Below are positions 60,060 to 64,000 of a stretch of 64,000 nt of DNA, in pieces; position 1 is the first letter of the stretch, and every line of letters starts with the position of its first letter. Source of the stretch: Minisyncoccia bacterium (lineage in GTDB: Bacteria; Patescibacteriota; Minisyncoccia; Phycocordibacterales; PALSA-1337). The notes beneath the pieces are model-generated. The model saw only the letters and a list, made by a program, of their open reading frames with translations. It made no database searches and was not told where the DNA came from. The position numbers and the translations under genes are program-made. The stretch is from the NCBI GenBank assembly GCA_044228445.1, contig JBGAUV010000002.1:19219-83218 (forward strand), written 5' to 3'.

Positions 60060-60758
60060 CTATTTTAAAACCAAATCCTCAAGGTTTTTTATCCTAGGTT
60101 TATGATCTTCTATAAGTATAAGCTCAATATTTTGCGCTCTAATCTCATATCTACCAATATGAGCTTGTATTTTTTCCATATTTATACCCAATTCTTCCAT
60201 ATCATAATGTAAGCCAGATATATCATCTCTGATTTCAGATATATCACCAGACATTTTATTCATACTTGTTCCCATTCTATCTATTTCATTTTTTGTCATC
60301 ATTGCCAAACCCTCAATTTCTCTATGAACTCCATCAAATCTTTCATTCATTTCAGATCTTAAATCTGATACTTCTATTTTAATACCCTTTATTTCATCTT
60401 TAATTGAATTAATCTCAGTTTTGATTTCATTAATCTCACTCTTGATACCAGTTATCTCACTCTTGATACCAGTTATCTCACTCTTGATGTCATTAATCTC
60501 ACTTTTTATTCCTTCAATTTCTCTATGAACTCCATCAAATCTTTCATTCATTTCAGACCTCAAATCTGATATTTCTATTTTGATACTCTTTATTTCATCT
60601 TTCATTGAATTAATCTCACTTTTTATACCATTTATCTCACCTTTAATTCCATTTATCTCAACTTTTAAATTACTAATCTCAATTTTAATTCCATTGATCT
60701 CTTTTGTAATAAAACTTTGCAAATCAATTATGTATTGCGGTGCTTTTTCTATAACCAT
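60060..60758 (-). CDS. heptad-repeat coiled-coil protein (tandem EI(N/T)GIKS repeats) with internal duplication
   Basis: There are more than 15 copies of the 7-aa unit EIxGIKS/EIKxIKx. A 67-aa segment (...SDLRSEMNERFDGVHREIEG...) occurs twice, 201 bp apart. Confidence 0.5.
   Translation of the reverse strand: MVIEKAPQYIIDLQSFITKEINGIKIEISNLKVEINGIKGEINGIKSEINSMKDEIKSIKIEISDLRSEMNERFDGVHREIEGIKSEINDIKSEITGIKSEITGIKSEINEIKTEINSIKDEIKGIKIEVSDLRSEMNERFDGVHREIEGLAMMTKNEIDRMGTSMNKMSGDISEIRDDISGLHYDMEELGINMEKIQAHIGRYEIRAQNIELILIEDHKPRIKNLEDLVLK
60300..60640. repeat. intragenic direct repeat (two ~120-bp near-identical copies 201 bp apart, plus 21-bp tandem duplicate at 60441-60482)
   Basis: The copies are ccctcaatttctctatgaactccatcaaatctttcattcatttcaga at 60310-60356 and ccttcaatttctctatgaactccatcaaatctttcattcatttcaga at 60511-60557. 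The sequence ccagttatctcactcttgata occurs twice in tandem. Confidence 0.6.
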
Positions 60759-61002
60759 AATTTTATTTATTTAATTTATAATACTTGCGAGATGTAGGTC
60801 TACTACGTTTACGTTTAGTTTGTTTTGAACCATTATATTAAATACACTTTATTAAAACAATAGCTATTTTTACAAAAATTTTATCAAAACTTTATCTTTT
60901 GTGGATAACTTTAGATATAAAATAAATTTTAATAAATAGAATGAAAATCCTTGACTTATATATACTTTTTGTGTTACTGTATTGTAAACTTGAAAATTTA
61001 AT

Positions 61003-61464
61003 ATGATGAATCAAAATGCGGTAAATTGCGAGTTAAAACTCGCTGAAGTTATCTATCATTTGGTTTTACTTAAGAAGTGGAGAGATGGGCATTGTTTGGG
61101 TGAGACAAGGTTGTTGGATGATGAAGTTGATATGCTTGGTGTAGTGGAAATTTGTCCAGGAATTACAATTTCAAATCTTGCAAAGTATATAGGAATTTCA
61201 TTAACAACAGCAATTGAAAAACTTGAAAAGCTAATTAGATTGTCCTATGTAACTCAAGAGGGTGAAGGTAGAAAATTACCAATTCATCTGACTGAAAGTG
61301 GGAAACAAACTCTTTTACAAGCAAAGCTCAGGTATTTACACCAAGTAATACTTGGATCACATCTGGAAGGTAAGAGTGCAACAACAGAACTGCATGATCT
61401 TTTAGGAGAGATAGATAATAAAGTTACAGAAAAACTTCTTGAACCATTTAATCCAGTTTACTAA
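61003..61464 (+). CDS. MarR-family-like winged-helix transcriptional regulator
   Basis: The helix-turn-helix region is ITISNLAKYIGISLTTAIEKLEKLIRLSYV, followed by a wing (EGEGRKLPIHLTESG). It is transcribed divergently from the coiled-coil repeat gene. Confidence 0.6.
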   Translation: MMNQNAVNCELKLAEVIYHLVLLKKWRDGHCLGETRLLDDEVDMLGVVEICPGITISNLAKYIGISLTTAIEKLEKLIRLSYVTQEGEGRKLPIHLTESGKQTLLQAKLRYLHQVILGSHLEGKSATTELHDLLGEIDNKVTEKLLEPFNPVY

Positions 61465-61479
61465 GTGAGATAACAAAAA

Positions 61480-61520
61480 AAGCCGGGTTGCTTATGCACA
61501 CCCGGCTTCGCTTTTTATAT
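61480..61520. terminator. bidirectional intrinsic terminator
   Basis: The sequence is aaaaaaAGCCGGGTtgcttatgcacACCCGGCTtcgcttttt. Confidence 0.6.
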
Positions 61521-61530
61521 TTTATTTTAC

Positions 61531-63318
61531 CTAAGCCTTTCTTCCTGCTTTTGCTCTATCTGTATTTGTTAAATACTTCTTTCTCAATCTTATATTTAAT
61601 GGAGTAATTTCTAGATATTCATCTTCACGCATTGTTTCCAAACCTTTTTCTATATCTAGTTTCCAGGCTGGAGTAAGCATAATATGTTCATCATTTCCTG
61701 ATGATCTCATATTTGTAAGTTGTTTACCTTTACATGGGTTAACATCCATATCTTCACCCTTTGATACATCTCCTACAACCATTCCTTCATAAACCTCTGT
61801 TGTTGGTTCAATAAATATTCTTCCACGTTCCTGTAGATTCCATAGTGCAAAAGCCAAAGCTTTTCCTGTCATCATAGATGTCATAGAACCTGTTGTATGC
61901 TTTTCTATATTTCCTGCATATTCTTTGAAACCTATAAATCTACTTGCCATTATTCCTTCACCCTTTGTATCGATAACGAAAACACCTCTATAACCTAGTA
62001 AACCACGAGTTGGCACTTCAAAAAGCATTCTTGCTTGACCGTCCTTTGTTTTCATATCAGTCATCATAGCTTTTCTCATACCTAGTTTTTCTATAATAGC
62101 TCCTGTGAATTCTTCTGGTGTATCAATAGTTAATTCTTCAAATGGTTCTGTCTTTACGCCATTTTCTTCTTTTATAATAACTTGTGGTTGTGATACTTGA
62201 AGTTCATATCCTTCACGTCTCATATTTTCAAGTAAAACAGCAATATGTAATTCACCACGACCGAATACTCTATAGTATTCATTTGATGAAAAATCTACTT
62301 TAAGACCCACGTTTATTTCTAGTTCTTTTTCTAGTCTTTCTCTTATTTGGCGTCCTGTTACAAATTTTCCTTCACGTCCTGCAAAAGGGGAATTGTTAAC
62401 AAGGAAGTTTAGGGAAATAGTTGGTTCATCTATTTTAATAGCAGGTAGGGCAGGAGTAGCTTCATTATCTGTTAGAGTTTCTCCAATATAAATATTTGGG
62501 AATCCTGCTATTGTTACTATATCTCCGGCACTTGCTTGTTCAATTTCAACTCTCTTTTTACCTTCAAATGTAAATAGTTTTGTAACTTTTCCTGTGGCTA
62601 CTGTACCATCAATTTTCTTTTCAAAAACTGTTTGTCCTGTCTTTATTGTTCCATCATATATACGTCCAATAGCTAAACGACCAAGGAAGTTATCATATCC
62701 AAGGTTAAATGTTTGTACAGTAAGAGGTGCAATTTCACTATGATTTTTATTTGCAGGTGGAACATGCTCAATAATCATATCTAAAAGAGGTGTAAGATCC
62801 TTTCTTTCATCTGTAAGATTTCTCATTGCAACTCCTTCACGACCAATTGCATATATAGTAGGGAAGTCTAGTTGTTTATCATTTGCTCCAAGTTCCATAA
62901 ATAGTTCAAGAACCATTTCATGAGTATGGTTTGGGTTTGCGGCAGGTTTGTCTATTTTATTTATAATAACTATAGGTTTAAGTCCTAGTTCTAGTGATTT
63001 CTTCAAAACGAATCTAGTCTGTGGCATAGGTCCTTCCTGAGCATCTACTACTAGTAGAACTGTATCAATTGAACGTAATACTCTTTCTACCTCAGAACCG
63101 AAGTCGGCATGTCCTGGTGTATCTACGATGTTTATCTTTGTTCCTTTATATTCTATTGATGTATTTTTAGCATAAATAGTAATACCACGCTCTTGTTCTA
63201 GAGCGTTTGAGTCCATGGATCCATCGTCACCATGACCACACTGTGTCATTATAGCGTCTGTTAATGTTGTTTTTCCGTGGTCTACGTGCGCAATTATTGC
63301 AATATTTCTTATATCCAT
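61531..63318 (-). CDS. typA: translational GTPase TypA/BipA
   Basis: The G-domain reads [17 protein letters not shown]...DTPGHADFG...NKID. The length is BipA-type at 595 aa and it has the C-terminal basic tail. Confidence 0.9.
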   Translation of the reverse strand: MDIRNIAIIAHVDHGKTTLTDAIMTQCGHGDDGSMDSNALEQERGITIYAKNTSIEYKGTKINIVDTPGHADFGSEVERVLRSIDTVLLVVDAQEGPMPQTRFVLKKSLELGLKPIVIINKIDKPAANPNHTHEMVLELFMELGANDKQLDFPTIYAIGREGVAMRNLTDERKDLTPLLDMIIEHVPPANKNHSEIAPLTVQTFNLGYDNFLGRLAIGRIYDGTIKTGQTVFEKKIDGTVATGKVTKLFTFEGKKRVEIEQASAGDIVTIAGFPNIYIGETLTDNEATPALPAIKIDEPTISLNFLVNNSPFAGREGKFVTGRQIRERLEKELEINVGLKVDFSSNEYYRVFGRGELHIAVLLENMRREGYELQVSQPQVIIKEENGVKTEPFEELTIDTPEEFTGAIIEKLGMRKAMMTDMKTKDGQARMLFEVPTRGLLGYRGVFVIDTKGEGIMASRFIGFKEYAGNIEKHTTGSMTSMMTGKALAFALWNLQERGRIFIEPTTEVYEGMVVGDVSKGEDMDVNPCKGKQLTNMRSSGNDEHIMLTPAWKLDIEKGLETMREDEYLEITPLNIRLRKKYLTNTDRAKAGRKA

Positions 63319-63358
63319 ATGTCGTTAAATTAGACATATAGTAAAACACAAAAATATA

Positions 63359-64000
63359 TTAAAAGTCAAATACCCTAAAAGCATTGCTCACAAGAGCTCT
63401 TTTTACTACATCTATATCCTCATTTCTAATCTCCGCTATTCTTTTTACAATTTCTTTTACATAGACTGGTTCATTTCTCTTTCCTCTATAAGGAATAGGG
63501 GATACGAAAGGGCAATCGGTCTCAGACATTATCATATTTAATGGAATGTTCTTTATTACTTCATCATATGAATTTGCAAATGTAATTACTCCAGTAAAAG
63601 ATAAAGTAAAACCAAGTTCTATAAATTGTTTTGCTATTTCATAATTTCCAGCAAAAAAGTGGACATTACCTCTAGCTTTTGGATATTGTTTTAAAACTAA
63701 TAATGCATCTTCGTAAGCATCTCTAATATGAAGCATTAAAGGTTTATTAACTTGTATTGAAAGTTCTATTTGTTTTCTAAAAATATCTATTTGTTTATCT
63801 TTACTATCTTTTTCCATTCTAAAATAATCAAGGCCACATTCTCCTATTGCTTTTACTTTTGGGTCTAGGGCTAGTTTTGTGTATTGTTCAATATTAAAAA
63901 TTTCATCTTTACTATGTGTTGGATGAAGTCCTATACAGCTATATACTCCTTTCCCATATTTATTTGCTATTTCTAGTGTTTTTTCTGAAGTCTTTAAATC
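63359..64000 (-). CDS. tatD: TatD-family metal-dependent DNase, N-terminus beyond window end
   Basis: The reading frame stays open past 63817 to the window edge. The sequence has GLHPTHSKDE...IGECGLDYF, and later SETDCPF in the C-terminal half. Confidence 0.8.
   Translation of the reverse strand, partial: DLKTSEKTLEIANKYGKGVYSCIGLHPTHSKDEIFNIEQYTKLALDPKVKAIGECGLDYFRMEKDSKDKQIDIFRKQIELSIQVNKPLMLHIRDAYEDALLVLKQYPKARGNVHFFAGNYEIAKQFIELGFTLSFTGVITFANSYDEVIKNIPLNMIMSETDCPFVSPIPYRGKRNEPVYVKEIVKRIAEIRNEDIDVVKRALVSNAFRVFDF

Overview
This window is a low-GC, gene-dense stretch of chromosome that looks like a reduced-genome bacterium of the CPR/Patescibacteria type. The lineage call is an inference from AT richness, the many type IV pilin genes, compact housekeeping proteins and the lack of biosynthetic operons. 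Genetic code 11 applies: UGA is used as a stop and long ORFs are intact. The content is mostly core information-processing and glycolytic genes. These include tgt, fba, eno, gpmI, a ribosomal and translation cluster (rplY, rpmE, prfA, rpsB, tsf), tRNA-Thr followed by pheS and pheT, gyrB, thrS, dnaE, rnhB, rpmF, rnc, an SMC-like ATPase, rnr, rpsP, a KH-domain protein, trmD, a contiguous rpoB-rpoC-dnaG-rpoD block, hisS, truB, typA and tatD. I found no rRNA, CRISPR array, transposase or integrase. Cell-surface and secreted genes are also present: a peptidoglycan-binding repeat protein, two type IV pilins (one carrying a LamG domain), a secreted coiled-coil lytic transglycosylase, a repeat surface protein and a DsbA-like oxidoreductase. 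The points most worth a second look are these. Three GC-rich intergenic islands in this AT-rich genome carry their own promoters and intrinsic terminators, consistent with structured non-coding RNAs of unknown identity: about 440 nt on the plus strand at 3.8-4.26 kb, about 120 nt on the minus strand at 17.16-17.28 kb, and about 170 nt at 34.33-34.50 kb. One gene fuses NusB to a degenerate NUDIX domain. The SMC-family ATPase is short (746 aa) and has no recognisable hinge. A UvrD-type helicase is fused to a Cas4/AddB-like Fe-S nuclease. Several GC-richer orphan small genes, each with its own terminator, sit inside otherwise conserved housekeeping clusters, for example between khpA and trmD. Two overlapping mini-ORFs that share the C-terminal pentapeptide IKYFL lie immediately upstream of the pilin pair. 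A heptad-repeat coiled-coil gene with an internal 201-bp duplication sits beside a MarR-like regulator. Every identification was made by eye from translated motifs. I ran no database search.
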